DNA of 64,000 nt, taken from positions 77,150 to 141,149 of the forward strand of contig JBKHHE010000001.1 in the NCBI GenBank assembly GCA_046539305.1. The letters run 5' to 3'. The position numbers and the translations under genes were made by a program. Of this stretch, positions 52,289 to 60,850 are shown one piece after another (the stretch's first letter is position 1; the number at the start of each line of letters is the position of its first letter). The notes beneath the pieces were generated by a model. The model was given only the letters and a program-made list of their open reading frames with translations. It searched no databases and was not told the origin of the DNA. The DNA comes from Candidatus Aenigmatarchaeota archaeon (GTDB taxonomy: Archaea > Aenigmatarchaeota > Aenigmatarchaeia > PWEA01).

Positions 52289-53551
52289 ATGGAGTTCGTG
52301 AAACCGGACTACACACCAAAGGAGAGCGACCTTGTTTGCCTCTTCCGGCTCAAGCCCTCGGAAGACCTCAGCTTCAGAGAAGCTATATCCAACGTAGCGA
52401 AGGAGTCAAGTGTCGGAACCTGGACACACATAGACACGGTCAACGAGAGGGCAAAAAGGATAAAGGCGCACGTTTTCGAGATAGACGAGCCGTACGCGAA
52501 GGTTGCCTATCCTAAAGAGCTTTTCGAACTGGGAAATGTTCCACAGATTCTATCCTCTATTGCAGGAAATATATTTGGGATGAAACTTCTGGAAAGTCTC
52601 CGCCTCGAGGACACAAAGTTTCCCACTGAGCTATTGGAAAAGCACAGGGGCCCCCAGGTCGGTCTTGAAGGTATAAGGGAGCTGTTTGGCGTGGAAGGGA
52701 GACCTCTGTTGGGCACTATAGTTAAGCCGAAGCTGGGTCTGGACTCGAGGGAGCACGCACAGGTCGCTTACAGGGCCTGGAAGGGCGGTTTGGACGTAGT
52801 CAAGGACGACGAGAACCTGAGCTCTATGGGCTTCAATGCCTTCAGGAGGAGGGTCGACGAAACGATGAAACTGAAGAAGAAGGCGGAGAAAGAAACGGGT
52901 GAAAGGAAGGAATATATGGGAAATATAACCGCGCCCGTTTCGGAGATGAAGAAAAGGGCCGATCTGCTTATGGAGAAGGGAAGCAACTACGTGATGATAG
53001 ACATAATAACGACGGGGTGGAGCGCGTTGCAGGATATGCGTGAATACTTGGAAGGTGAGGACGTGGTGATACACTGCCACCGGGCAGGACACGCCGCCTT
53101 TACAAGAAACAAAAGGCACGGGATAAGCATGCTGGTGGTGGCAAAATTTACAAGGCTCATAGGCGGCGATCAGCTACACATCGGGACCGCAGGGGTGGGA
53201 AAGATGGAGGGAGGCGAGGACAAGGTCCTGAGGATAGAGGAGGCCGTGGAGTCACAGAACTACGGCGATGGAAGGAGGAAGCTGGGCCAGGACTGGGAAA
53301 ACAAGAATAAAACTGTGGCCGTGGCATCTGGAGGTCTTCATCCCGGCGACATACCTGAACTTGTGGACAGGATGGGGAAGGACATAGTGGCGCAGTTCGG
53401 AGGTGGCTGCCACGGACATCCTGACGGCACGGAAGCAGGAGCCAAGGCGATACGTCAGGCCTGCGAAGCCACTATGGAAAACGTGGAGTTGGAGGAAGCC
53501 GCCGAGGAAAACGAAGAATTGAGGAGAGCGCTGGAGAAGTGGGAACGATGA
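52289..53551 (+). CDS. rbcL: ribulose bisphosphate carboxylase large subunit, form III
   Basis: Contains GTIVKPKLGL, GGLDVVKDDENL, HCHRAGHAA and GGGCHGHPDGTEAGAKAIRQA. There is no small-subunit gene. Confidence 0.9.
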   Translation: MEFVKPDYTPKESDLVCLFRLKPSEDLSFREAISNVAKESSVGTWTHIDTVNERAKRIKAHVFEIDEPYAKVAYPKELFELGNVPQILSSIAGNIFGMKLLESLRLEDTKFPTELLEKHRGPQVGLEGIRELFGVEGRPLLGTIVKPKLGLDSREHAQVAYRAWKGGLDVVKDDENLSSMGFNAFRRRVDETMKLKKKAEKETGERKEYMGNITAPVSEMKKRADLLMEKGSNYVMIDIITTGWSALQDMREYLEGEDVVIHCHRAGHAAFTRNKRHGISMLVVAKFTRLIGGDQLHIGTAGVGKMEGGEDKVLRIEEAVESQNYGDGRRKLGQDWENKNKTVAVASGGLHPGDIPELVDRMGKDIVAQFGGGCHGHPDGTEAGAKAIRQACEATMENVELEEAAEENEELRRALEKWER

Positions 53552-53799
53552 ATATTATCGGCTGGATAGGCGCTTTTCTGCTACTCGGGGCCTGGATACC
53601 CGAAACACTGACCACGCTGAAGAGCGAGAGTCTGGAGGCGATGAATCCCGAGTTCATCCTCCTGAGCCTGGGTGGATCCATAACGCTGGCGGTCCACTCC
53701 TACCAGATATCTGATCTCAGCTTTCTCTTCCTGAATATCTCCCTTTCCGTCCTCATCTTCGCAGAGGTCCTTGTTTACATTTATAAGGTAAGGAGTTAA
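53548..53799 (+). CDS. 3-TM small membrane protein (PQ-loop/SemiSWEET-like, tentative)
   Basis: 83 aa. The ATG overlaps the rbcL stop (ATGA). GAWIPETLTTLKS resembles a PQ-loop motif with Q replaced by E. Confidence 0.4.
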   Translation: MNIIGWIGAFLLLGAWIPETLTTLKSESLEAMNPEFILLSLGGSITLAVHSYQISDLSFLFLNISLSVLIFAEVLVYIYKVRS

Positions 53800-53816
53800 A
53801 CCACATATATTGCGCG

Positions 53817-55301
53817 GTGGAGGAAATGAAACTGGAAGTGAAAACGCTGGATATAAGAGCGGGAAAACCTGTTATAATACTTAACGAAGAGCAGGCCAAA
53901 AAGGAATCCATATTTCTAGGAGACAGGGTACGCGCAAAATCAGACCACAGGGAGATCAGAGCAGTAGTCGACCTCTCGAAAGACATACCAGGGGACAAGG
54001 CTATATTTTTCGACGAAACAAAGAAAGAGCTGAAGGTGGAAGAGGATGACTCTGTAGAAATAGAAACGGCGATGAAACCCGACTCGGTAGAACAAATAGT
54101 CAAGAAGATAAACGGCGAAAAGCTCGAGAGAGAAGATATATACTCGATAGTAAGGGATACAGTCGACTTCAAGTTGACTGAGACGGAACTGATGGCATAC
54201 AATGTGGCCATAAAGATGTCGGACTTCTCCTTCGAGGAGGCCAAACACATGACCGAGGCGATGGTGGATACAGGAGAAAGGATAAACATAGAGAACGCAC
54301 TGGATAAACACTGCATCGGTGGAGTCCCTGGAAACAGGACCACTCCCCTGATTGTACCAATAATTGCGGCTGAGGGTCACAAGATACCCAAGACCTCATC
54401 CAGGGCTATAAGCTCACCCGCGGGGACGGCCGATACAATGGAGGTCCTCACGGACGTTGAGCACACGGCTGAAGACATAAAGGAGCTGGTCGAGAAGACA
54501 AACGGATGTATGGTGTGGGGAGGTTCCCTGGACCTTGCCCCAGCCGATGACGAGTTTATAAGGGCGAGGGGCTCCCTAGATCTGGATCCTCTGGAACAGG
54601 TACTTTCTTCGGTCCTTGCCAAGAAGAAATCCGTGGGTGCCGAAACCGTTCTTATAGATATTCCTATGGGTGAAGGGGCCAAGGTGTCCCACAAGGAAGA
54701 GGCAAAAAAGCTTTCCAAGTACTTTAAAAGACTGGGCAGAGAGCTTGGCATGAACGTAGTTACCATTATTTCCGAAGGTTCAAGACCTATAGGTCAAGGA
54801 ATAGGTCCTGCACTGGAGGCCAGAGATGTGCTTCAGATCCTAGAGTCTCGCGGCCAGAAAGGACCAGAAGACCTGCGAGATAAAGCCCTGGAAATGGCGA
54901 ACATACTACTAGACGAAGCTTCCTCCGGGAAAATCGCGGAGGAAATCCTGGAGAGCGGCGACGCCTACACAAAGTTCAAGGAAATCATCGAGGCACAGGG
55001 TGGGGGTATAACGAAATCGGAGAACGTTCCTCTGGCGGAAAAAAGTTACACGGTAGAGGCCAACAAGAGAGGGCGCGTAGAAGATATAAGTAATGAGGCT
55101 GTGGGCAAAATCGCTGAGCTTGCCGGATGTCCCAAGGAAAAGAAGTCGGGTATATACCTTCACAAGAGGATGGACGATCCTGTGGAGAAAGGTCAGAAGT
55201 TAATTACGGTGTACTCGGAAAACAAGGAAAGGTTGGAGGCAGCGGCCGATGCAGCGAGGGAAAGGCCAGTCTATACCCTTAAGTCACTCATGTCAAAATA
55301 A
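53817..55301 (+). CDS. deoA: AMP phosphorylase (thymidine phosphorylase family, DeoA)
   Basis: The N-terminal extra domain (LEVKTLDIRAGKPVIILNEE) is followed by HCIGGVPGNRTTPLIVP ... SSRAISSPAGTADTMEV. Confidence 0.85.
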   Translation: MEEMKLEVKTLDIRAGKPVIILNEEQAKKESIFLGDRVRAKSDHREIRAVVDLSKDIPGDKAIFFDETKKELKVEEDDSVEIETAMKPDSVEQIVKKINGEKLEREDIYSIVRDTVDFKLTETELMAYNVAIKMSDFSFEEAKHMTEAMVDTGERINIENALDKHCIGGVPGNRTTPLIVPIIAAEGHKIPKTSSRAISSPAGTADTMEVLTDVEHTAEDIKELVEKTNGCMVWGGSLDLAPADDEFIRARGSLDLDPLEQVLSSVLAKKKSVGAETVLIDIPMGEGAKVSHKEEAKKLSKYFKRLGRELGMNVVTIISEGSRPIGQGIGPALEARDVLQILESRGQKGPEDLRDKALEMANILLDEASSGKIAEEILESGDAYTKFKEIIEAQGGGITKSENVPLAEKSYTVEANKRGRVEDISNEAVGKIAELAGCPKEKKSGIYLHKRMDDPVEKGQKLITVYSENKERLEAAADAARERPVYTLKSLMSK

Positions 55302-55333
55302 AAAAGGGAAAGGGGAGTTTCTTCGGATGCAAA

Positions 55334-55615
55334 TCACTTCGTAAGAGTGATGTCTATCGAGCTAACGTTGATTTCTTCTCCTTCATCTGTCTCAATTTCC
55401 TCTGTTCCGGTCTCGATATCAGCTATTTCTGCGTCCTCTTCAAACCTGTTTCTGGTAATTTCCGCAACGTCTACAGCACGGGAGATTGCTTTACCCCTCG
55501 CCTTTATGTGCACTTCGTCGGTGCCGTCGTTGAACTGGGTTACACAGGCAAGAACGTAGCTCATCGGTGGTTTGTCTCCGACAAAAATAACGTTGTCTTC
55601 AGCTTCTTCTGCCAT
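55334..55615 (-). CDS. albA: DNA/RNA-binding protein Alba
   Basis: [21 protein letters not shown] ... [22 protein letters not shown]. Confidence 0.9.
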   Translation of the reverse strand: MAEEAEDNVIFVGDKPPMSYVLACVTQFNDGTDEVHIKARGKAISRAVDVAEITRNRFEEDAEIADIETGTEEIETDEGEEINVSSIDITLTK

Positions 55616-55774
55616 TGAATTCACCTCCGTTTTTTGGATTGGTTGTGTTTTTGAACTTTGAACTTCCGATATTCCCGTCTAATGGGTTTGTAGCCATTTA
55701 ATTAAGCGATAAAAGTATTTAAAAGTTACGCGAGACGAGAACTGTAAACAGGCGGCGTCAATGGCGAACGACTT

Positions 55775-56119
55775 TCACTCATACCCCTCACATTCGGGAC
55801 AGTCGGAGGGATCCCCCACATAATCACTACACTTCAGCTCTTCGCCCTCAACCTCTATACCGTAGTTATCATCCTCTTTATCATCCTCTATTTCTGGCAC
55901 TCCCGGAACATTGTCCCAACTGTCAACACTTAGATCGCAGTATTCCTCCGGGTTCCTGGCTACACCCGAGCAACACTGGGTAACCACTCGCTCCTCCTCT
56001 ACAGCACCGAGGTCTAATCCCGCCATGAAGAAGGCGACTACGGACAGCAGTACGATTATTGCCACGGAAAGAATTACGAGAACGTTTACAGGTAGGGAAA
56101 TGCCTTTTCCGGAGGCCAT
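55775..56119 (-). CDS. orphan Cys-rich pilin-like protein (class III signal)
   Basis: MASGKG|ISLPVNVLVILSVAIIVLLSVVAFFMAGLDLG. It is a paralog of the 44546 gene (GKG-ISL and GLD-x-G motifs). The TATA-like TTTAAATA box lies 32 nt upstream. Confidence 0.6.
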   Translation of the reverse strand: MASGKGISLPVNVLVILSVAIIVLLSVVAFFMAGLDLGAVEEERVVTQCCSGVARNPEEYCDLSVDSWDNVPGVPEIEDDKEDDNYGIEVEGEELKCSDYVGDPSDCPECEGYE

Positions 56120-56231
56120 ATCATCACTGATTTGAATATACTACCTTCCTTTATTTAAAAGTTGCCCCTTGATTTGTCACTGGAAAAAAGTTATAGAAAG
56201 GTTTTTAAGTTTCAGCGGGGAAACTAGAGAT

Positions 56232-56783
56232 ATGAGGCAAAAAGACGTCGATGTGCCTTTGGTGCATGAAGTAATGTCAGAGGAAGTAATAGAAGCCGAT
56301 CCGAGTACCTCCGTGATCGATGCTGCGAAACTCCTCAGGGAGAAGAACAGGGGGTCAGTATTGGTCAAAGAGGAGGAGAAAACTCTGGGAATCGTGACGA
56401 ACTCCGATATAATCAATAAATTTGTTGCTGAGGAGAAGGGGAACAGCATTGAAGAGATAATGAGCGAAGAACTTGTAACAGTTTCCCCCACGAAAACAGT
56501 AGAGGAAGCTGCGGCGAAGATGGTCGAGGAGGGTGTAGAAAGGCTCTTGGTCGCAGAAAACGGAGATATTCTAGGTGTGATTTCAACAAATGATATAATA
56601 AAGGTTCAGCCTTCGCTCTACTTGAATCTTACCCAAGGACTCAAACTGGGGCAGGAAAAGTTTGAAATAAGCTCTTCTGAGTCTGGACAGTGTGAATCCT
56701 GCGAGAACTACTCAGAAAACCTGAAGGAAGTCAACGGTAACCTTCTCTGCGAGGTCTGTCGCGAAGAAATGAACTTCGCCTAA
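56232..56783 (+). CDS. CBS-pair protein with C-terminal zinc ribbon
   Basis: There are two CBS motifs (VMSEEVIEADPSTSV... / IMSEELVTVSPTKTV...) and CESCEN...CEVC. The start is at ATG 56232. Confidence 0.7.
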   Translation: MRQKDVDVPLVHEVMSEEVIEADPSTSVIDAAKLLREKNRGSVLVKEEEKTLGIVTNSDIINKFVAEEKGNSIEEIMSEELVTVSPTKTVEEAAAKMVEEGVERLLVAENGDILGVISTNDIIKVQPSLYLNLTQGLKLGQEKFEISSSESGQCESCENYSENLKEVNGNLLCEVCREEMNFA

Positions 56784-57223
56784 GAACGGAACTTCTTTGC
56801 CTCGCTATGAAGCAAAGCTAGACCTATAAGTACTGATATTACTCCTATGAAGAAGTTCAATCCGAGGGACATAAGGACGATCAGAGGAGTGCCCAAGAGA
56901 AGGAATACCACGCCGAATAGAAACCGCCCACGGCTGAAGTCCATCTCCCGGTCCATAAGCTCCTTCTTGAAGTCTTCTGTATCCCTTTCTTCGAAAAACT
57001 CCTTAGCTTCGTCCTCCATCTCCTCGTCTATCTCGAGGAAGAGCCTCCCTTCGTACCCACAGTCCGGGCAGCTGTAGCCTCTATCCAGACCAAGCAAGGC
57101 AAGAAAGTTGGTCCTGTCCGTCCTTATTTCTTCGGATCCACAGCTTGGGCAGATTTTCATGTCGTTCATTTCTCGCGGAAGAACTTTAATCTTTTCCCGA
57201 AAACAAAGTTTTCGTAATTTCAA
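56780..57223 (-). CDS. zinc-ribbon membrane protein
   Basis: CPSCGS ... CPDCGY, then an acidic linker and two TM helices. The likely start is Met19 (57169). The track start is TTG 57223. Confidence 0.5.
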   Translation of the reverse strand: MKLRKLCFREKIKVLPREMNDMKICPSCGSEEIRTDRTNFLALLGLDRGYSCPDCGYEGRLFLEIDEEMEDEAKEFFEERDTEDFKKELMDREMDFSRGRFLFGVVFLLLGTPLIVLMSLGLNFFIGVISVLIGLALLHSEAKKFRS

Positions 57224-57255
57224 ACTCCGTTCGATATTTTCCCAAAATGATTTAA

Positions 57256-57945
57256 ATGGCCTCCGAAGATAAACTATATGGGAGAATGCTTAAGGAGAGG
57301 ATAGACACGTTCTACCGCAGGGAGGAAAAAGATAAGGAGAGGGATTACTTCTACGCCTCGGAAGTTTGCGACTGCAAGAGAAAGATATATTTCAAGGTTA
57401 AAGGGGCAGAAAAAGAGGAGCTGGATCCTGTGACGAACAGGAAGTTTGAAAGGGGTAATCAAATACATCAGAGACTGGTGTCCGTGCTCTACTCGCTGGG
57501 AATAGTGACCGCCTCGGAGGTGGAGATGCCCGACCAGTCCTTGTTTCACGGCAGGGCGGACGCAATAGTCTCGATAAATGATGAGAACTACGTTGTGGAG
57601 ATAAAGTCCACTAGTCCCTACAGCTTCAAGAGCTTGGACGGTCCCAAGGAGTCGTGGGAAAAGCAACTCCAGCTCTACCTTCACCACTTCGACATAGACC
57701 AAGGAATAATCCTTGTCGAATGTAAAGGGACACAGAAACTGGAGGAGTTCCGGGTTGAAAGAAATGACGAAACGGTGGAAGAGCTAGAAGAGGAGTTTAG
57801 GAAGCTTCGGGATATGATAAAGAAGGATGTAGTGCCTAAAAAACCCGATAAAAGCGACTGGAGTTTTGACAAGTGCAAGTACTGCCTATATGAGAACGCC
57901 TGCAAAGAGACCAGCAACAGCCTTAAAGGGTTCACGGGTGAATAA
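57256..57945 (+). CDS. Cas4-like PD-(D/E)xK nuclease with Fe-S cysteines (stand-alone)
   Basis: It has an N-terminal Cys (EVCDCKRK), GRADAIV ... VVEIKS (D...ExK), and a C-terminal CKYCLYENAC (C-x2-C-x5-C). No CRISPR array or other cas genes are in the window. Confidence 0.65.
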   Translation: MASEDKLYGRMLKERIDTFYRREEKDKERDYFYASEVCDCKRKIYFKVKGAEKEELDPVTNRKFERGNQIHQRLVSVLYSLGIVTASEVEMPDQSLFHGRADAIVSINDENYVVEIKSTSPYSFKSLDGPKESWEKQLQLYLHHFDIDQGIILVECKGTQKLEEFRVERNDETVEELEEEFRKLRDMIKKDVVPKKPDKSDWSFDKCKYCLYENACKETSNSLKGFTGE

Positions 57946-58369
57946 CGTCCCTGATAAAATCCTTGCGAGTGGAAAGTTTGACCTGCTGCACCCAGGGCAT
58001 ATATACTACCTGGAAAGTTCCGCACAGCTTTCCAATGACCCCGAACTCTTCGTGGTCATAGCCCACCAGGAAAACATAAAGGATAATCTCTTTTCCAACC
58101 GAGACAGAAAAAAAATGCTGGAAGCCCTGGGTTTCGTGGACAGAGTCATTTTAGGTCGCAAGGAAAGGGACTTCAGGGGTGTACTCGAAACAGTGAGGCC
58201 GGATATAATAGCTCTGGGACACGACCAAACCGAAGAAACGGTTCGGAAACACCTAGAGGAACTATCTATAGAGGCGGAAATTAAAAGAATAGAGCCCTAT
58301 AAACCGGAGAAATATTCGTCCACAGCAATCAAACAGAAGATGGGCTTTGAGAAGACCTCAGACCTTTGA
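57938..58369 (+). CDS. ribL: FAD synthetase RibL / cytidylyltransferase-family nucleotidyltransferase
   Basis: ASGKFDLLHPGHIYYLE is a (T/H)xGH-type motif. GTG start at 57938 overlaps the Cas4-like stop by 8 nt. Confidence 0.65.
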   Translation: MNNVPDKILASGKFDLLHPGHIYYLESSAQLSNDPELFVVIAHQENIKDNLFSNRDRKKMLEALGFVDRVILGRKERDFRGVLETVRPDIIALGHDQTEETVRKHLEELSIEAEIKRIEPYKPEKYSSTAIKQKMGFEKTSDL

Positions 58370-58373
58370 AAAT

Positions 58374-59189
58374 TTACACCAGTCCATCCAGAAACTGATA
58401 TATCATCTCACCCAGATCGTCCGCGGCGTACCCACCTTCAAGGATGCAAAAAACGGGCGCGCCGAGTTCTCCTATCCTCTCACCTATTTTTTCGTAACAG
58501 TCCTTGGACAGACGTATCTGTGATGCCAAAGGGTCGTTCTTGTAACCGTCGAAGCCCGCCGAGACCGCGACCAGTTCAAATTCTCCTGTGGTACTCAGAA
58601 TCTCGTCCAAAGCAGCGAGGTATTCCTCGTCGTTAACGGGACTTGTGAAAAGGTGATTGTAACAGTTCTCCGTGGAGCTTCTTCCAGTTCCAGGATATCC
58701 GGCTCCATGCAGGGAAACGTACTCAACCCTGTCGCTACCTTTGAAAATCTCCTGCGTCCCGTTGCCGTGGTGCCGATCCACGTCGACTATAAGAGTCCTC
58801 TTTCCAAGTTTCCTCACCGCTACAGCTATGTTGTTGAAGTAGCAGAAGCCTCCAAAGCTATTCGTGGTCGCATGGTGTCCGGGAGGTCTCATCAAGGAGA
58901 AACCTTTCACCTCCGCGGCCTTTACCGCCCCACCTGCAGAGAGGCGGGCGTATTTATAGATGTCCTCGTAGCCCGGGCTGTCGGGATCGTAGAAGTTGCC
59001 TTCCCTCACCTTTTCGACCAGTTCTCGAGAATGAACACATAGAAGGTCCTCCTCGCTGCAAGGTTCCGGCTCCGCGAAGTTGTAGTCTTTACTTCTAAGA
59101 AATTCGGCGGCCTTCCTCACTCTCTCAGGTGATTCAGGATGTCCAGACTGTCCGAACTCCAGGCATTGTGGTGAGTGAACTATTTTCAT
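58374..59189 (-). CDS. histone deacetylase / acetoin-utilisation (AcuC) family deacetylase
   Basis: Contains RPPGHHA, VDVDRHHGNGTQEIF and GGYA, the class I/II HDAC motifs. Confidence 0.8.
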   Translation of the reverse strand: MKIVHSPQCLEFGQSGHPESPERVRKAAEFLRSKDYNFAEPEPCSEEDLLCVHSRELVEKVREGNFYDPDSPGYEDIYKYARLSAGGAVKAAEVKGFSLMRPPGHHATTNSFGGFCYFNNIAVAVRKLGKRTLIVDVDRHHGNGTQEIFKGSDRVEYVSLHGAGYPGTGRSSTENCYNHLFTSPVNDEEYLAALDEILSTTGEFELVAVSAGFDGYKNDPLASQIRLSKDCYEKIGERIGELGAPVFCILEGGYAADDLGEMIYQFLDGLV

Positions 59190-59228
59190 AGTTTATAGCT
59201 TCGGATGAAAAGTATTAAGTTTAAGGCT

Positions 59229-60797
59229 TCATCTCAGCCCTTTACACATCCACGCACCTTCCAACCTGTAGTCAAACTTCCTGTAGTAGTTCCTTGCACC
59301 GACTCCGGAAATCACGGCAATCTTCTCCATACCTCCTTCCTCGGACAGTTCCTCTGCCTCCTTGAGAAGTCCTCTCCCGAAGCCGCTGTGCTGTACATTT
59401 CCATCCTCTTCCACGGGAACCTCCGGACCGTATACGTGCAGTTCCCTCACCAGGCCGGTCTCTCGATCCAGCTCCTCCCTGAAAGGTTCATCCGGAATCC
59501 TCAAGCGGAGCAAAGCCGCTATGACATCCTCTTCTCTATTCTCAAAGGAGAGAAAGTATTCCTTTCCGCCAGAAGCCCTGTATTTCCTCTCCATCAGTTC
59601 AAAGTCGAGGTCGCCTCTATCTGCTTCCACCCTTCCGACCTCCCTACACCTTATACACCTGCACCTTTCACCACGATCCTCCATTTCTTCCGTGACTATC
59701 TGCCTGAGGTTAGATTTTTTACATCCGGCGACGATCGCCTGTGCCGGGACGTCCCTGTGGAGGCGCATCACCCTGACCCACGGAGGTATCTCCTCCCTGA
59801 CTTCCCTGAGAAGATTTATTAATTCCTCGTCATCATACGGCTCATATTTTCCCTCCCTGTACCACTCCTCCAGATCCGAGCCTTTCACCACGAGAGTCGG
59901 ATAAATCTTCAGCGAGTCGGGCATGAAGCGCTCGTCCGAGAAAAGTCTTTTGAAGTAGTCGAGGTCTTTTTCTGGGTCCGAACCGGGTAGACCCGGCATG
60001 TAGTGGTATGTGACTTTCAGCCCCGAGTCCTTGAGCAACTTCGTGGCCTGGACCACGTCCTCGACCCTATGACCTCTATTCACCTTCTCATATATCTTGT
60101 CGTCCGGTACCTGGACTCCAAGCTCGGTACGTGTAGTGCCTAAATTCAGCATCCTACCTATCTCCTTCTTCCCACAGAAGTCCGGCCTCGTCTCGAGGGT
60201 CATGCCCACACATCTGTGCTCTGCGCTTTCGTTTTTTCTCTTAGAATCCTGTAGACTTCCACTCCTCTCTTGGTTCAGCGCATCGAAGCATCCCTTCACG
60301 AAGCTCTTCTGGTAACTGTGGTCTCGCGCCGGAAACGTTCCGCCCATGACTATAAGCTCGATCTTGTTCGCGTGGTGCCCCGTAAGCTCCAGCTGCTCCA
60401 GCCTCCTTTTCGTCTGCTTGTAAGGGTCAAAATCGTTCTGTCTGGCACGCATCACAGCCGGCTCCTCGTACACGTAGGACTGCGGTGCTTCCTCCTCCCG
60501 AGGACAGTAAAGACAGGTGCCGTGAGGACACCTCTCCGGCGAAGACATCACCGCAACTATAGAAACCCCGGACTTGCTCCGCGACGGCCTCCTGCGAAGC
60601 CTTTCCAAGACCTTCTCCCTTTCCTCGCCGGACGCGAGCTCCAGGACCTCCTCGTTGGAGGGTATCTTGCTCCCGTGCTCCGATGCAATCCTCGTCTTCA
60701 GGTCCTGAACATCTTCCCTTGGTATGTCCTTTTCCAAAAGTTTATCCAAAACCTCCTCCGCAACCCTCCGTCTCTCCACAGACCTTATCATGGACAT
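59229..60797 (-). CDS. elp3: Elp3 homolog (radical SAM + GNAT; tRNA U34 cm5 modification)
   Basis: 522 aa. It has the radical-SAM Cys cluster CPHGTCLYCP, an Elp3 core and a C-terminal GNAT (HSGFGRGLLKEAE). Confidence 0.85.
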   Translation of the reverse strand: MSMIRSVERRRVAEEVLDKLLEKDIPREDVQDLKTRIASEHGSKIPSNEEVLELASGEEREKVLERLRRRPSRSKSGVSIVAVMSSPERCPHGTCLYCPREEEAPQSYVYEEPAVMRARQNDFDPYKQTKRRLEQLELTGHHANKIELIVMGGTFPARDHSYQKSFVKGCFDALNQERSGSLQDSKRKNESAEHRCVGMTLETRPDFCGKKEIGRMLNLGTTRTELGVQVPDDKIYEKVNRGHRVEDVVQATKLLKDSGLKVTYHYMPGLPGSDPEKDLDYFKRLFSDERFMPDSLKIYPTLVVKGSDLEEWYREGKYEPYDDEELINLLREVREEIPPWVRVMRLHRDVPAQAIVAGCKKSNLRQIVTEEMEDRGERCRCIRCREVGRVEADRGDLDFELMERKYRASGGKEYFLSFENREEDVIAALLRLRIPDEPFREELDRETGLVRELHVYGPEVPVEEDGNVQHSGFGRGLLKEAEELSEEGGMEKIAVISGVGARNYYRKFDYRLEGAWMCKGLR

Positions 60798-60850
60798 AGA
60801 CAGAAACTATACCTCAAACAATAAAAATCCTGAAGAAAAACTCTAGGTAG

